Assembly: GCA_030704615.1 (NCBI GenBank)
Contig: CM060733.1
Coordinates: 20,212,001 to 20,276,000, forward strand
Length of the DNA stretch: 64,000 nt
From: Takakia lepidozioides
Lineage: Eukaryota; Plantae; Bryophyta
Direction: 5' to 3'
The position numbers were made by a program, and so were the translations under genes. The notes beneath the pieces were generated by a model, which was not told where the DNA came from, made no database searches, and worked only from the letters and a program-made list of their open reading frames with translations. Positions 37,230 through 50,800 of the stretch are shown in pieces. The stretch's first letter is position 1. Each line of letters starts with the position of its first letter.

Positions 37230-40200
37230 TGATAATATTGTCTTTCTTGGATACCTTAGAAGAGTTCTTTGAGGACGATTAAGGAAGCCAAGATACAGAC
37301 AGCTGCTCTACAGCTCCGTGATGCCGCCAAGCTATGGTGGTCGCGTCAGAAGCAGGAACGCCGTGAACACAAGAAACCATCCGTGGATAGTTGGGCTATG
37401 TTTAAGACACTGTTCTTAGCCCATTACCTACCTGGCGACTATGCACACAAGATGAAAGTTGAATTGTTCAGACTGAGACAGGAGACTATGAGCTTGGGAG
37501 AGTTTAAGACGAGATTTGAAACCCATGCCAGTTATTTCCCCTCGTTGAGTGAAGAGGACAGAGTTGATTTTTTTGTCGATGGCCTCAGTGATTCTCTCAA
37601 ATTTAAGGTCAAAGCCCACAACCCTCGTACAGAGGCAGAAGCATATCGTTTGGCCTGCAATTTTGAGAATGAAGTAAGGGCACAACGTTCTTCGAACTTT
37701 GCCCGTGGCACGGCCGAGTTCAAGCCTAGATCATCTGGTCCTTGGCAGTCACCAGCGAAGAGAGGGAATTGGAAGAGATTTAAACCGTTTAAGAAGGCGG
37801 GGGATCAAACTATACGGAGACCGCCAATGAGGGCTCCCCCAAGGCTCAGTTTCAAAGAACAAGAAGAACACAGGCGTAAGGGTTTGTGTTTCTTGTGCCA
37901 TGAACCTGGACACAGAGCGGCTGAGTGTATGAAGTACCCAAATTCTCGTCAGGCTCGACAGACAGCCGCCTTAACAGTTGAAGGACCTACAGAACCTTAT
38001 GTGGTTGTTGAAACTGGAGAGAAATCAGGACAAGAAAATGGGAGAGGTCCTAATGTGCGGGTTTCTGCAGCTATCATTGGAGACCAAATAGAGCATGACC
38101 CCAGTGTGATACGGGTTCATGGGAGAGTGGCTGGAATTCCCACTCAAGTGCTGATTGATACTGGCAGCACTCACAACCTGTTGTCAAAGGATTTTGCCCG
38201 ACAAATTGGGACTAGTTCAAGAAGACATGCAACCCTGTCAAATCTTGTTACCAGATGGTGGCGTGGATTCTACGCACAAACACATCCCAATGGTACCAAT
38301 GGACATGCAAGGAGTACGGACTATGGCTGACTTCGAGGTCTCGGAGGGAGCTCGGTACGACTGCATCCTTGGCATGCGGTGGCTGGATCCGGTTGATGCT
38401 GTGGTGGCTTGCAAATCCGGACTGGTTAGTGGTACCTTGCCCAACGGGAAGGGATTCAATATCAAAGGTATTAGAGCTCTTCCCAATATACCTGTTTTGT
38501 CAGCTATTCAAATGAAGAGATGTATCCGGAAGGGAAATGCTCAGCTTTTTGCTGTTAGCTTGCATGAGATCTTGGAAACAAATCAGGGAGAAGGGAAGTC
38601 ACATCCCAGACTTAGCCTGGTCCTGAATGAATATAAAGATATGTTTCCTGATGAGCTCCCTGGGATGCCCCCTGAACGGGAGATTGATCATGCAATCGAG
38701 TTGATGTCAGATGCTGTACCAGTTGCAAGGGCACCATACAAGCATTCAATTGCAGAAAATGAAGAATTAGAAAGGCAGTTGAATGACTTGTTGGAAAAGG
38801 GGTATATACGTCCAAGTAAATCCCCTTGGGGTGCCCCTGTAATGTTTAAGAAGAAGAAAGACGGAACTTTGAGATTGTGTGTGGACTATAGATGGTTGAA
38901 TAAGGTCACCATCAAGAATAAGTTCCCTTTACCTCGTGTGGACGATTTGTTTGACTATCTATATGGGAGTCAAGTTTTTTCAAAACTTGATCTTCGGTCT
39001 GGATATCATCAGATACGGATCAAGAATTCTGATATACCAAAGACAGGATTTCGATCTCGTTTTGGTCATTATGAATTCTTGGTGATGCCATTTGGGCTCA
39101 CAAATGCTCCAGCAACATTTACTTATCTGATGAACTCTCTGTTCCAGAAATATTTGGGGAAGATGGTTTTAGTCTACATGGATGATATACTAATATACTC
39201 GAAGTCTGAGGAAGAACATGAACTGCATTTACGCTTGGTTTTAGACATACTAAGAGAGAACCACCTGTTTGCTAAGAGAAGCAAGTGTGAGTTCTTTGTA
39301 GACCACATGGATTACTTGGGATTTTGTATTTCCAAAGATGGAATTTCAATTGATCCTAAGAAAGTCCAGACAGTGGTTGAATGGCCTAAACCAAGTGATA
39401 AGACCGAGGTCAGGAGTTTTATTGGGTTTGCTAGCTTCCTACGGAAGTTTGTTAAATCTTTTTCACAGATTGCAACCCCATTGACTGACCTGCTTAAGGA
39501 CTCGAGTCATGTAAGCTTGAAGGATGTTTGGACAAGAGATTGTGATGACAGTTTCGAGAAGTTGAAGTATGCCTTAACACATGCTCCTGTACTGAAATTG
39601 CTCGATCCTACGAAGGGAGCAATAGTACTGTGTACTGATGCAAGTGATCTTGCTATTGGAGCTGTGCTGATGCAAGATGGGCAAGTGATTGCCTATGAAT
39701 CTCGAAAGATCAGTCCAGCAGAAAAGAATTATCCCACTCATGAAAAGGAACTATTGGCAATAGTTCATGCTCTGAAGATATGGAGGCATTACCTGCTTCC
39801 AGTTGATTTTGTGATAGAGACTGACCATCAGAGTTTAAAATATTTGACCACGCAACCTCATTTGAGTCAGAGGCAGATCAGGTGGTCAGAACTGCTTCAG
39901 CAGTTCCATTATGACCTAAAGTATGTCAAAGGGAGAGAAAATGTGATTGCTGATGCACTTTCTAGGAGACCATTACACGTTAATGTTGTCTCATGCGTCA
40001 GTAGCACTATATTTCAAGATATTAAAGGTCAGTATGAGGTCGATGAATTCTTCAAAGAGCCATTAAAGAGTTTGTCTTGTGATCAGAGAACTTCTATTGA
40101 GAAAGAGAAGTACCGGCCATACCTCTTGAGAGATGGGGTGTTATTTTATAATGGTCGGCTTTGTGTTCCCCTGATTCCAGACTTGAGATTGCGCATTATT

Positions 40201-42192
40201 CATGACAGTCACAATCTTCCAATCTCTGTACACCCGGGCTTTTAGAGAACCTATTGGTCAATACGGAAGCATTATTTTTGGCCAGGTATGAAGAGAGAAA
40301 TTAAAGAATATGTGCAGAAATGTTTCCCATGTCAGGTTTCGAAGTCAGAGAGAGTCAGACCTCCTGGATTATTACAACCATTATCTGTTCCTGGATGGAA
40401 TTGGGAGTCCATTAGTATGGATTTCATTGTGGCATTGCCCAGGACCAGAAGTGGCCATGACAGTATCATGGTGGTTGTAGATAGGCTGTCTAAGATAGCC
40501 CACTTGATACCTACAAGGATGAGTGCTACGGCATCTGATGTTGCATCCTTGTACATGAAAGAGATATTCAGGATCCATGGTCTGCCTCGGGAGATTATTT
40601 GTGACAGGGACTCAAAGTTCACAAGTCATTTTTTGATCGACTTGTTTAAGAAATTGGGAACCAAGGTGAATTTGAGTACGGCCTTTCACCCAGAAACAGA
40701 TGCCCAAACAGAAAGGACCAACCGTACAATTGAAGATAAGTTGAGAATGTACGTTGGGGAAAGACAGTCCTCTTGGGAACAATATCTGTATATGGTGGAA
40801 TTTGCTTATAACAAGCATTTCCACAGTGCCATTGGCATGAGCCCATTTGAGGCTTTATATGGACGAGATTGCTTAGCTCCTGCTTCGCTTATTACACCAC
40901 CATCAAATGTGCAAAGCGTGAATGACAGAATCAAGGAGATCCACTCTGTCCTAGATCTGGTGAAGCGTAGTATGCAGGCTGCACAAGAACGGGCCAAGTT
41001 CTTTGCTGATAAGCGTAGGACTTTTCGTGAATTTGCCATTGGTGATATGGTGTTTTTGAAAGTTACACCTAAAAGAAGCAATCTAACACTAGGCAAGTGT
41101 TATAAGTTGTCACCAAGATTTTGTGGTCCGTTTAAAATCCTAGAACACCATGGCACAGTGGCCTATGAGTTGGATCTGCCTCCAACATGGAAGATCCATA
41201 AAACTTTCCATGTCAGTCTTCTTCGGAGGTATATGTCGGACTCATCACACATCTTGCCGACGTTGCCTCAAGCCATGAATGATGGTCAGCTCATGGCTGA
41301 ACCCAAAAAGATTCTAGAAACGCGAGTAAAGCACCTGTGCAACCGTTCTTGGAAAGAACATTTGATTAAGTGGTTGCATTACCCAGAGACAGAAGCTACT
41401 TGGGAGAAGGAAAATGAATTGACATTGAGTTACCCCTCATTTTCTGTCATTGAGGACAATGACCTGTCTTTGGGAGGGGGAGTTTGTTAGGTGCCTTGAA
41501 CAAAGATCGAGACCTGTCGACCAGTTTGGTGAAGCAAGTGACTGCTAGAAGACCGCCGAACTGACAGTTGCAGGTCGAATGGAGCAGGCTCGCGTTCACC
41601 AACAGATCCACGATTAGGGATTTAAAAAGTGGGCTTGGAGATGGTAAGAGTGGAGAAGAGAAAAGAATGATGGTGTACAGGCATCTAGGGCAGATCTGTA
41701 TTGACAGGAAACTAATGTAGCATGGCGTGGTGGCTGGGCGGACCGGACGTAGCCGGTGCTGTGCTTTTTGGTGAGCAGAAAAAAGGTCGTGAGAAGAAGA
41801 AAAAGGATCGATCTGCACTGGTCTAGGGGGATAGAATGTGTTGATGCACGGTGTGGTGGAGGGGCGGACTGGACATCGTAGTCTAGTACTGTGCATAGAT
41901 AGAATGGCATGAGATGAGTACATAGGTTGACAGGGAGATCTTTTGAACAAGGAATCAGGCCAGGGTAGGAGTGACGATCACTTGATCGATCTGTGAATTT
42001 GTAAATGAGGGAAGTGGAATAAGAATAGGGCCTTGGCTGGAATTCAGATATAGATGAGAGTCCGGTCGAAACAAAATCCCGAGCAATCAGTTTTCCTTGG
42101 AGTTTTGGTAAATTCCCTGTGAACAGCAAACCAAGCAAAGCGCCTGAAATTTTATCATAGTTGGACAAAGAAAAGAGAGTCAGATCCTTACA
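37230..42192 (+). mobile_element. 5'-truncated chromodomain-bearing Ty3/Gypsy element (gag-PR-RT-RH-INT-chromo, PPT, 3' LTR 41486-42192)
   Basis: Gag CFLCHEPGHRAAEC; PR LIDTGST; [10 protein letters not shown] and YMDDILI; [14 protein letters not shown]; INT with GPF motif; chromodomain LIKWLHYPETEATWE. PPT gggagggggag, then LTR TGTTAGG...CTTACA. One +1 frameshift at ~38200 and one TAG at 40243. Confidence 0.95.
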
Positions 42193-44051
42193 AGTCCGTA
42201 GTGCTATGACTTGTCCAAAGTGGTGGGGTCCTGCCCATTTGGAAGAGACCAGTCAAAGCTCTGAAGAAGGCGAGCAAGCATTAACGGAACCATGATAAGT
42301 GCCAGCAGTGTTCCTGGGCATCCCCTTCTCCCGGTTCCAAAAGGCAAAAGCTCGAAGTGCTGGCCTTTAACATCAATCTCAGGATGCTCCATGAATCTTT
42401 CTGGATTAAACTCAAGAGGTTTCTCCCAGGTAAGAGGATCCCGGCCTATTGCCCATATACTCACGATGAGACGGGTGTTGGCTGGCAGAATATAACCAGC
42501 AACTTCACATTGCTCACGAGACACATGGGGAAGCAGGAATGGACCCGGGGGGTGAAGGCGGAAGTTCTCTTTTATTACAGCTTGTAGGTACTTGAGGTTT
42601 GGGAGGTCTGATTCCTGGACAAGCCGAGTGGTTCCAACAACAGCATCTAGTTCAGCTTGTACGCGTTTCATCATATGAGGGTTGTGTAAGAGCTCGGCCA
42701 TTGCCCATTCTGCTGTGACCGACGATGTGTCTGTTCCAGCAGCCAACATGCCCTGCATCACGTGAACACAAGAATTTTGACCTCAAACCTAGCTCGAAAC
42801 CGGAAGCCACATGTTTAGGAATCTTGCATTTAACATAGAACTTCACTACTATGTACAACTTATTCCGAGCTGTCGATTTTGATAGCTCAAGTGACCAAAT
42901 GCTAGCAATTTAGCATGAAAACTTACCAGGGTCACAGCTTCTATGGTTTCATCGGAGAGCTGACCAGTTCCATCTTCTGTAGGCATGTTGAGCATCACGT
43001 CAACAAAGTCTTTTGGTGTATCTCTATTCCCTGTTTGCACTGATACAGCCTTTCTGTGTCGTCAATCCACTGCCGAAGAATACTGCACAGTACGACCTGC
43101 GTCTCCCTCATACGCGCCTCGATACCTTGCAGCTTTGACACCCACGATAAATACGGGACGTAAGTCACCAAATAGGAACATCCCACTAAAGTGAAACTGT
43201 TTGTCGATAAGTTCTTTAAACTGTTGCGCTTCTGCAGACTGACTTTCCGCATCAACTCCGCAGTACCTGAGATAGGCGAAGATGGCAATTGAATTCTAAG
43301 TGTCGATGACAGTCCTGAAGGATGCAGTCTTATTCAAGTTGCCTAAGTTGCAAGTCTATGATAGCTTATACGTACCAGGTTTCCATGGATGTCACAACAT
43401 GTACAACAAAGAACGTTATATGTTCTGATAATCTCCATTCAATAAAAAATCAAACGGCTTAGCTCATACCTTTTGTTGATCAGCATGCGAGTCGTGATGT
43501 TAGTAGCCAGCGACGACAGCTTAAGGTTGAGGTCTACCACCTTTTCCTTCTGTGACTCGTCAAGGATGGCCTTCAATATGGCATTTACCTCCTCTGTCCT
43601 TGCAGATCTTAGCCATTCCAGGCGTTTCTGACTGAAGAGCTCAACCAGGGAGATCTTGCGTAAATGACGCCAATAAGGACCTGAAGAATTCCCAATGCTT
43701 TTGCCATTTAAAGAAAATATAGTCGAAGCCAAAGACTTTGGACGATAGGCAAACGCTTCATCATGGGTCCGGAGAAACTGTTTCGCCATCTCTGCATTCG
43801 ACACTACAACAGTATCAAAAGATCCAAGGCGCAGGTACATCAGAGGCCCATATTTCTCGGCCAAAGACAGGCCATGGGCGTGGCCCTGGAGGCAAGCGAG
43901 TAGGTTTTCTTATGTAGAGATAACCGTACACTGCAATGGTGACAAGGACGCATATCGATAGAGGTAGCCCACGTTGTTCCTGAGCCCACCGAGCGATTTC
44001 TTGCAGCAGGCCTGGTGTTTTCATATTTTCTACCACCCCACTCAAGTTCAT
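42193..44051 (-). pseudogene. Cytochrome P450 (CYP71 clan) pseudogene, three exons, 3' end cut by the Gypsy LTR
   Basis: TM anchor + LPPGPRPWP, KYGPLMYLRLGS, WRHLRKI, AGTDTS, ENFRLHPP, FNPERF and heme motif FELLPFGTGRRGCPG. A deletion/frameshift follows PWPVF, exon 2 has frameshifts, and a stop reads LDKS*HYGL directly against the LTR. Confidence 0.92.
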
Positions 44052-45081
44052 CGGAGATCCAAGTTTGCTTGCAGGTGCTGGCTCTATTCTTTGAACTGCG
44101 TTTTGCCGATCCAGAAAGTGAGAACACCCTTCCTGGGGGCTTAGCTACCTTCCACTCCGACCTCAATATCCTTCTGCCTGCCCCTCTGCCTCACATTTAT
44201 ACGCAGACCCCGCCATTCGAAGCAACACACGAAACTTTCTCGGATGCGACTCTCTAGAGCTGAGTAGGAGTGGTGTGAGAGGAGTAGCCCGATCGTAGGA
44301 CTGGAATACCAAGATTGCGAACTTCCTCAGTGTAGGGAGCGGGAATTTTTTGTGCACGGCTGATGTACATGGCTCCGGGGCTAATCGACGGCTACGATTA
44401 GATGAGATAAGAAAAATCCTTTCCCGAAAAGGAAAAGAAATTGAGGTTGTAAGTTGTAACCCCGGGAGATCGGTTACAGGAATTCCTGTTCTTTGTATTT
44501 TTCCGGGCATTTTTGACGCAGACTTCCCAAGCATTGGAAGGAACACGTGGTTCCAGTTCTGGAAATCTATAGGGAGACTTAACTTAGTGGCACACATTCC
44601 TCTCCCTTCCGTGGAGCCACATGAGCAGATTTTTTGCACGGAAAGCGGAAAGGCATTGGGCAAGGACCTCGAAGCAACACACGAACTTTCCGAGATCGCG
44701 CTCGACCAGTTGCTCGACATGCAACATGCAACGATTTAACACGAGCTCAACACTCCAAGGCAAACAGGACTTGCCCATTATTGCCGTGGCAACCAGTCTT
44801 CTGATCTTGGGTTCAATGCCTTGTATTCCCATATCATTTCTCTACTGGTATCCTTATATGAGTATATATACTAGGACAACAATCACAAGTTTTTTTTACG
44901 TATGTCGGTCATTTCCAACGCCTCGTTAGAAGAAGGGCCCACGTATGGAGTAGGGGTCATGGAGGGTGGCAGGCTTCCGACCTCCGCTGCAGGGGAGTCC
45001 ACAGTGGCTCATAGGAGGCAAGGGGGCCCAAGACCAGCCTCTAGCCAGATAAAAAATTAGAAATGACATGACTCTGTAGGT

Positions 45082-47410
45082 GCGCAATAGTTAGAGCTGA
45101 GAGTGCTTCCTAAGATATAGATCTTGGGTACACTTCGTTGAAAGATGAAGAAGGGTTGGTGTGGGCTTCACACTGATCTCGAGTCTTAATTCTGTGTGTG
45201 GGAGAGATAGAAACAGGCCGATATCAGTTTTGACAAGTAATTTAAGGAATTCAAACCTGTTAATTACAAGGTTCTTTATCCTCAATCACGTAAATATCTA
45301 ATCTCCCAGTTTCTAGATAATCCAAAGAAAGGGCATGTCTTATTTGCTAAAGGGGGATAGACAGACTTTTTAGGATAAAGTTTTTGACCGCTGAATCATC
45401 ATTCAAATCATACCCGTTCTTTCTTTGATCACGAGCTAGATTGTTCACATCGATATGAGAACTCACCATCATCAGGTCGTTGTATCATGGCAGCAAGCTC
45501 TGATGTCTCGCAAGGTTGCGTGTTTCGACCAATAAAGAATCGAATAAGAGCTTCTTTGCGCGTTTAACTGAAGTGAAGGTAGGACGCTTCGACTTCTCTG
45601 TTGCAAGTGCGGCCGCAACATCGTCGTCACTCTTCCTTGTCCAATTGCCTGTCATGGCAGTGTACCATCAACCTGTTTATTACCTTTCTCCCTCGGCCTT
45701 TCCCTTTTTTCTCCTTTCTCCGGCTAGGGAAGTGTCCCTTGTGCTTTCGCCTTCACGGCCCCCTGCTGGTTATTTTTTCCACCCACTGAACCAGTGTTGA
45801 ACTTACATGTCCATTTTTTAATACCGGTCCGGTATGAAGGGTCCAACCTGGCATAGGTATATATACAGGTATGAGGAATTTGGGTATGAATCTGGTTTGA
45901 GTAAATGTATTTTAGGTTGTATGAGTACAGTACTCGTATTTTATTTTTTTCAGTGATGGGGGGGTTGTATGAGCTTTGGTATGATATTTGTACTAATTTC
46001 TATTGTTCACCATACACAGAAATAAATGTCATTAAGCACACAGCTAATCGTAGTTTAAATTCTGATACACTAGGCAAAGGCAGCCCATGAAGTTTGAATT
46101 ACAGAAGGGAGCTTTAAACTAACAAAAGTGTAGTACTTTTCAGTACTACGAAATCCAAAAATTTGCACAGAATAAGTTTAGTGCATGAGCAATAACATGT
46201 CCAAACGACTAGGCTATGCATTTAGCAAACTCTCTACTGCAGAGAACAGCTCTTGCACGATTTTAGATCAACTATTTTTGATGATGGGTTATTTGCATCT
46301 ATGTACAAATCCAACCATAGGTCGAACTATCCATAGGAATTTGTGACCACTGGCAGCAATGGCATAATGCCAGCTTCACATATTGTTCTTGAATTTCGAT
46401 TCATCGATATCAATTCCTTTCTCTGCGGCAACTTCCCCTCCAGACTGCTCATTCGTTGCAAGCCCACCCTTACGACCCATTTCCTGATAACCTTCCTTCC
46501 CCAGCTGCTCAGATCGAATCTTTCCTCCCTTGCTACGACCTGCGCATACGCAGCGACTCAATATCCAGCAAATTGTGCGTAAACATTCTACTTCGGACAA
46601 TACTGTTCACTAGTCACTTTAAATAAGATGGCATGTGCAATACTAGTACAGTGCGAATCCTGCTCACGAATGAAAATCATAGAATCAACTAATTGTCTTT
46701 ACTTCCCCGATCACATTTTTTCAAGCGGCGGCCAGTAACCGTTCCGAATTGTAGTTAAACAATTGCATGGAATTATATATATATATATATATATCTCTAT
46801 ACGAAATGCTTATACCCTCAGCCAAGCGCTCCTGGGCGTCGACACTCAAACCACCGGTACCTCCCTCCACCACAGTTTCGCCGGCGTGAGCCCTGGCATC
46901 GAGCTCGCTCCTCTCCGCCTTAGACGACATTGTCTTTCCGCTTAGCTTCTCTTTCCCTGCGCACAGTATGCACTGGAGATTTAATGTCCAACCAAGTCGA
47001 TAGAGAACAAAATCATATAATATGGTGACACCCGCGCGCGGGTGATCGCCAGAGGGTAACTCAGGTTTTAACCTTCGACCACAGCAGCGAGAAGTATCCG
47101 GCAGCTACAAGATCACCGAATCTCATAGATTACAAATCGAATACCGCCAAACTTTCTTCCAATTCACCCTCACTCTCAAGTACCTCATACAATCTACCCA
47201 ACCACTTTCAACTGGTACAGCTCGTTAAACGTGCTGACACTGAAGTACATTAGGTCGTAGCCGAGACAATCCAGACACTCTGAGAGCTCTCAAGTAGTCA
47301 ACGACAATGCAGTCTGAAATTAAGAGTGACATGGCTATGACGGTAGCGCAATAGCTAGAGCTGAGAGTGCTTCCTAAGATATCTTGGGTACACTTCGTTG
47401 AAGGGTTGGT
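45082..47410. repeat. ~65-80 bp direct repeats (45082-45161 and 47346-47411) flanking the - strand Em gene
   Basis: gcgcaatag(t/c)tagagctgagagtgcttcctaagata...tcttgggtacacttcgttgaa...agggttggtg appears twice; the second copy has two short deletions. Confidence 0.85.
46376..46930 (-). CDS. Em protein / LEA group 1 (small hydrophilic seed protein family), exons 46930-46816 and 46539-46376
   Basis: [39 protein letters not shown]|[53 protein letters not shown], with the hallmark GETVVxGGT and the 20-mer. Confidence 0.95.
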
Positions 47411-47642
47411 GAATCTGGATTAAAAATGCTATGGTAAATGGTCCAAATAATGCTCACTTTCAGCATGCACCTGTCACATTTTACTTAACCTAATGGAATT
47501 TCAGTTTTTCTCTTACATGGGTCTTTTTTTTTTACAGTTGGCAACCCATACAAATTTTTCATTATGTGAAATCATAAAATTGAGAATAACCCATCAGGTT
47601 TTCATGCAATGGGTATGGGATCTCTAGAAACATAGAAAAATC

Positions 47643-47692
47643 CCTAATATTGCGCACTTGATTGCGCGCGCAATCAAATGCGCAATATTAGG
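47643..47692. repeat. 50-bp loopless palindrome
   Basis: cctaatattgcgcacttgattgcgc|gcgcaatcaaatgcgcaatattagg; 24 of 25 positions pair. Confidence 0.95.
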
Positions 47693-48174
47693 ACCAAACA
47701 CATTTTCTTTTCTTCAATTTATGATCATTGATCCCCCAGTGAGATACATTGCTACAACCAACAATGTATGAAATCTCTTGACTTGGAACCAAACATCCAA
47801 AGGCCAATAAGTATTTGTACTTCATAAGACACTGGGTTCATTGGACTATACCCTCATGGTAAAAGTCACAACTAAAATTGCAGGAGAGCCAATGGCTGCA
47901 CTCTCACTGTAGCTGATAGGAGAAATAAGGGAGCACCGCAGATACAACCTATCTCGTTATGCCTTAAATCTTATTTTTGGAAAGAAGTTGAAAGTGTAAG
48001 AAAATCCCCAGAATATCCAGTTCATGTTGTCTGTCCAACTTCACAACTCAGGTTTGGAGACATAATCAAACCCCCTCAAAATCCACTTTTTGGAACAAAG
48101 GCTATTGTTTTCACACTGACTTCATTTGCAATGTGAGGACTCTCATACAACTTTACTTTTGCACATGAAACGGC

Positions 48175-49127
48175 TTACACATAAACAACAAGGAAGGTGA
48201 GAATAATCAATAAGACAACCAGAAAGACAATCATCATCACGTCCCTTCCATCCAGCCTTCTTCATCACGATAGCCAACCTTTTCTGCGCACCAACCCGCA
48301 GAGACATTCCCATTTCCCTGTTACCTCAAGACGAGTCACAATGCTTAATGCATAACATGTATGCAAAGTAGTCTTTCAAAGAAATCTTTCTCTGACACAC
48401 ACCGTCATGTACACAAACGAAATGCTCACTCACTAGGCAAACTGAGCTCTTTGATTGTCTTGGATAGGAAGGGAGGGTAGCTGTGACAGATGACCTACCT
48501 GAACAAACTCAAGCCTGGTAGATGTGATGTTCATGTCATGAGCCAAGTCATCAATAATTCTCTCCTGCCAACACCATTGCATCCCACACATATTGGTCCA
48601 CCTATTGCTGTTGCCTCATCCAAGCTGTGAATGACATGCCATGAACGATAGTTTTGACCATCAGAAAAAAAATTCTTTATACCACTCATGGGACCCCCAA
48701 CGAGCTTACGGCACAATAGTGTGGAACACACAACCAACCAAAGGAAAACAACCTTCTATCCCCTGTCTTAACAACAGAGACAAACGAGCTAAGGGAGGGG
48801 GGGAGTCTGTGAGTGGATCACAAGTAGGTCCAATCAACTCCCAGTTCACAAACAAGAGAGACAACCATGACCATATCACATGGAGACAACATCCTACTCT
48901 GCTGGTCAGGGGAGAGGACGGATGGAAGAAAGAGAGAGACCCATAACTACGTGAGTTTGAGTGTCCAATGTGTTATGATTGTCTACTAGGCTGACAACCC
49001 AATCAAACAACCGAGTAGGAAATGGTGAGAAAGCACCTGTCCAGACAACTCCTCGTGAATGGTGAGTCCAACACCACCCAAGCGCTCCACGCTAGCACTC
49101 AGCTCATCCAGATCCTCATCTTGTTCC
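48175..49127 (-). pseudogene. SYP61: 3' exons of a syntaxin-6-type Qc-SNARE (SYP61-like): 49127-49037, 48564-48499, 48283-48175; frameshift before the TM helix
   Basis: EQDEDLDELSASVERLGGVGLTIHEELSGQ|ERIIDDLAHDMNITSTRLEFVQ|KRLAIVMKKAGWKG-(frameshift)-VMMIVFLVVLLIILTFLVVYV*, with canonical GT-AG introns. Upstream exons are not recognisable. Confidence 0.88.
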
Positions 49128-49724
49128 CTGCAACCACACATGCAAGCTTTAACACAAAAGTAATCATTCCCACAAAAAAAACTTAGGTTTCAGGAGCAGA
49201 AATTGTTGTCGGAAGAAACTCAGTAAATCCTCAAAAAATCAATGGATTGTGCAAATTATATCTGAAGAGCAGGCATTCGAAAGTTTGCCTTAAGATGGAA
49301 ATGGGTGAGCATGAATTGGGTCGAGAGGTGAGTGTTAGACAAAGATACAAACACAAGCACAAGATATACGTAGTCATGCAAGCAAAACCATCACATCATG
49401 TCTCTGTAAGATAAGTCTTCTATCCTCATGTACAATAGTGCCATCCATTTCTCCAGAACACGTGTTCAAACCACCTTGTCTAGTTCAGCACTTCTCTATA
49501 GCTTGCTTCCTAGTTCCAAGTTGAGTTTTTAGCTAGAGCTTGCTACAATGAGCTAGATTTGGATCCTCTTCCGCCTCAAGGGGCCATGGGGTGAAGTGTA
49601 TCAAATCTGCAGCCAAGGCGAGTGTGTAAACAACCAACTCACCTAATTATAAGTGCATGTCGATCAAATTCATTGGCCAAGAAACTATCATGCACAGTTT
49701 GAGTGGTCTTTGATTCAGAGAGGT

Positions 49725-49840
49725 TAGCTCACCACCTGCAATCGGTGGGTGTTCAAAGAAGCTGGCTCACCACCTGCAATCAATGGGTGTTCACAGAAGC
49801 CGGCTCACCACCTGCAACATACCTGTGCCACCACCTGCCA
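49725..49840. repeat. ~38-bp tandem repeat (~3 copies)
   Basis: gctcaccacctgcaatc..tgggtgttca.agaagc repeated. Confidence 0.85.
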
Positions 49841-49981
49841 CATATCAGGCCCAACCTTAGAACATGTGGAATATCTTTCAAGCATATATTTATATACTGT
49901 AACCCTAAAAAGAGCCTTAAGTGAAGCTAACACATTTCTGAGGTACGTGATGTTCAATAACACCATTGTAACATGAACTCC

Positions 49982-50800
49982 TTAGGTACCCGGAGGCAGC
50001 AAAGGTGGAGGTAAACCTTGTTCCACCGATTCCTTCACTGCTTGCCTATATCTTCTGTTGATGGAGTCTTCGTCACAGTCACTGTCTTGAGGAGCACTTA
50101 CCTCCTTACCTTTGCGTCGAGTCCGCCTAGACGATGAAGCAGCTTTGCTCTTCCGTGCTGCTTCTTTCTCCGCCCTTACCCTCTCATGAATTGCTTTGGC
50201 AATCTCTTTCTGTTGCTCCAGTTCTTCTTGCCTTTTAAGACATTCAGCTTGCTTTTGTTCTTTGTCTTTGGCCCTCTGGAGGCGGCCAGCTTCCAATTTC
50301 TCAAGCCTTTTTTTCTTCCTTTCCTCTATATCAAGTTTGCGTTGTTGGCCAGCGAAGACCTTTGCTTCCTTCTGCAAACCGTTGCTCTCTCAAATACTCC
50401 ATAATCCGGGCCAGTGATGCCGCTTACGATGCAATAGTCTGCCCTCGATCTTCTATAATACGAGGTGGCGGGAGCCTTGGTAATGTAAGAAGATCCACAA
50501 GTGTCGGCCTAGGCTCATCAATGCTAAGTTGTGACACACGTTGTGATAACTCTTCTTCTTCACTAAAGACCATCATGTCCAAGAGAGACTCTGGTGGATT
50601 TTCAATGTTGTCATTGAGAGGGCTCTCATGGGTTGATTCTTCGTCAGACCCTGAGTCTTCATGATGCCCTGAACTTGAGGTCGAACCCCTGTCAAGGTCA
50701 TTGGAGTCAAATATTGTACTTGGGCCTATATGAGAGTCAAGAGCATGTGGATCTAATGGAAATATCCCTGTTTTGCGGAACCCTGCTTTAACGTTTTCCA
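49982..50800 (-). mobile_element. C-terminal fragment of a pogo/Fot1-like (DDE_1) transposase
   Basis: ENVKAGFRKTGIFPLDPHALD, typical of the end of DDE_1 domains, followed by acidic and Lys/Glu-rich coiled segments. The catalytic core is absent. Confidence 0.6.

Noticed and set aside
38190-38215. Programmed gag-pol frameshift in the chromodomain Gypsy
   Set aside because: The shift falls inside the protease, just after the catalytic DTG motif, with no slippery heptamer. It is best read as a 1-nt insertion.
41447-42168. Minus-strand ORFs of 167 and 184 aa
   Set aside because: They lie almost entirely within the Gypsy 3' LTR and have no domain features, so they are treated as chance ORFs.
44163-44929. 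Protein-coding genes from the overlapping 102-185 aa ORFs upstream of the P450
   Set aside because: No recognisable motifs, alternative start codons and mutual overlap on both strands. Only a short direct repeat (tcgaagcaacacacgaa at ~44217 and ~44669) is evident.
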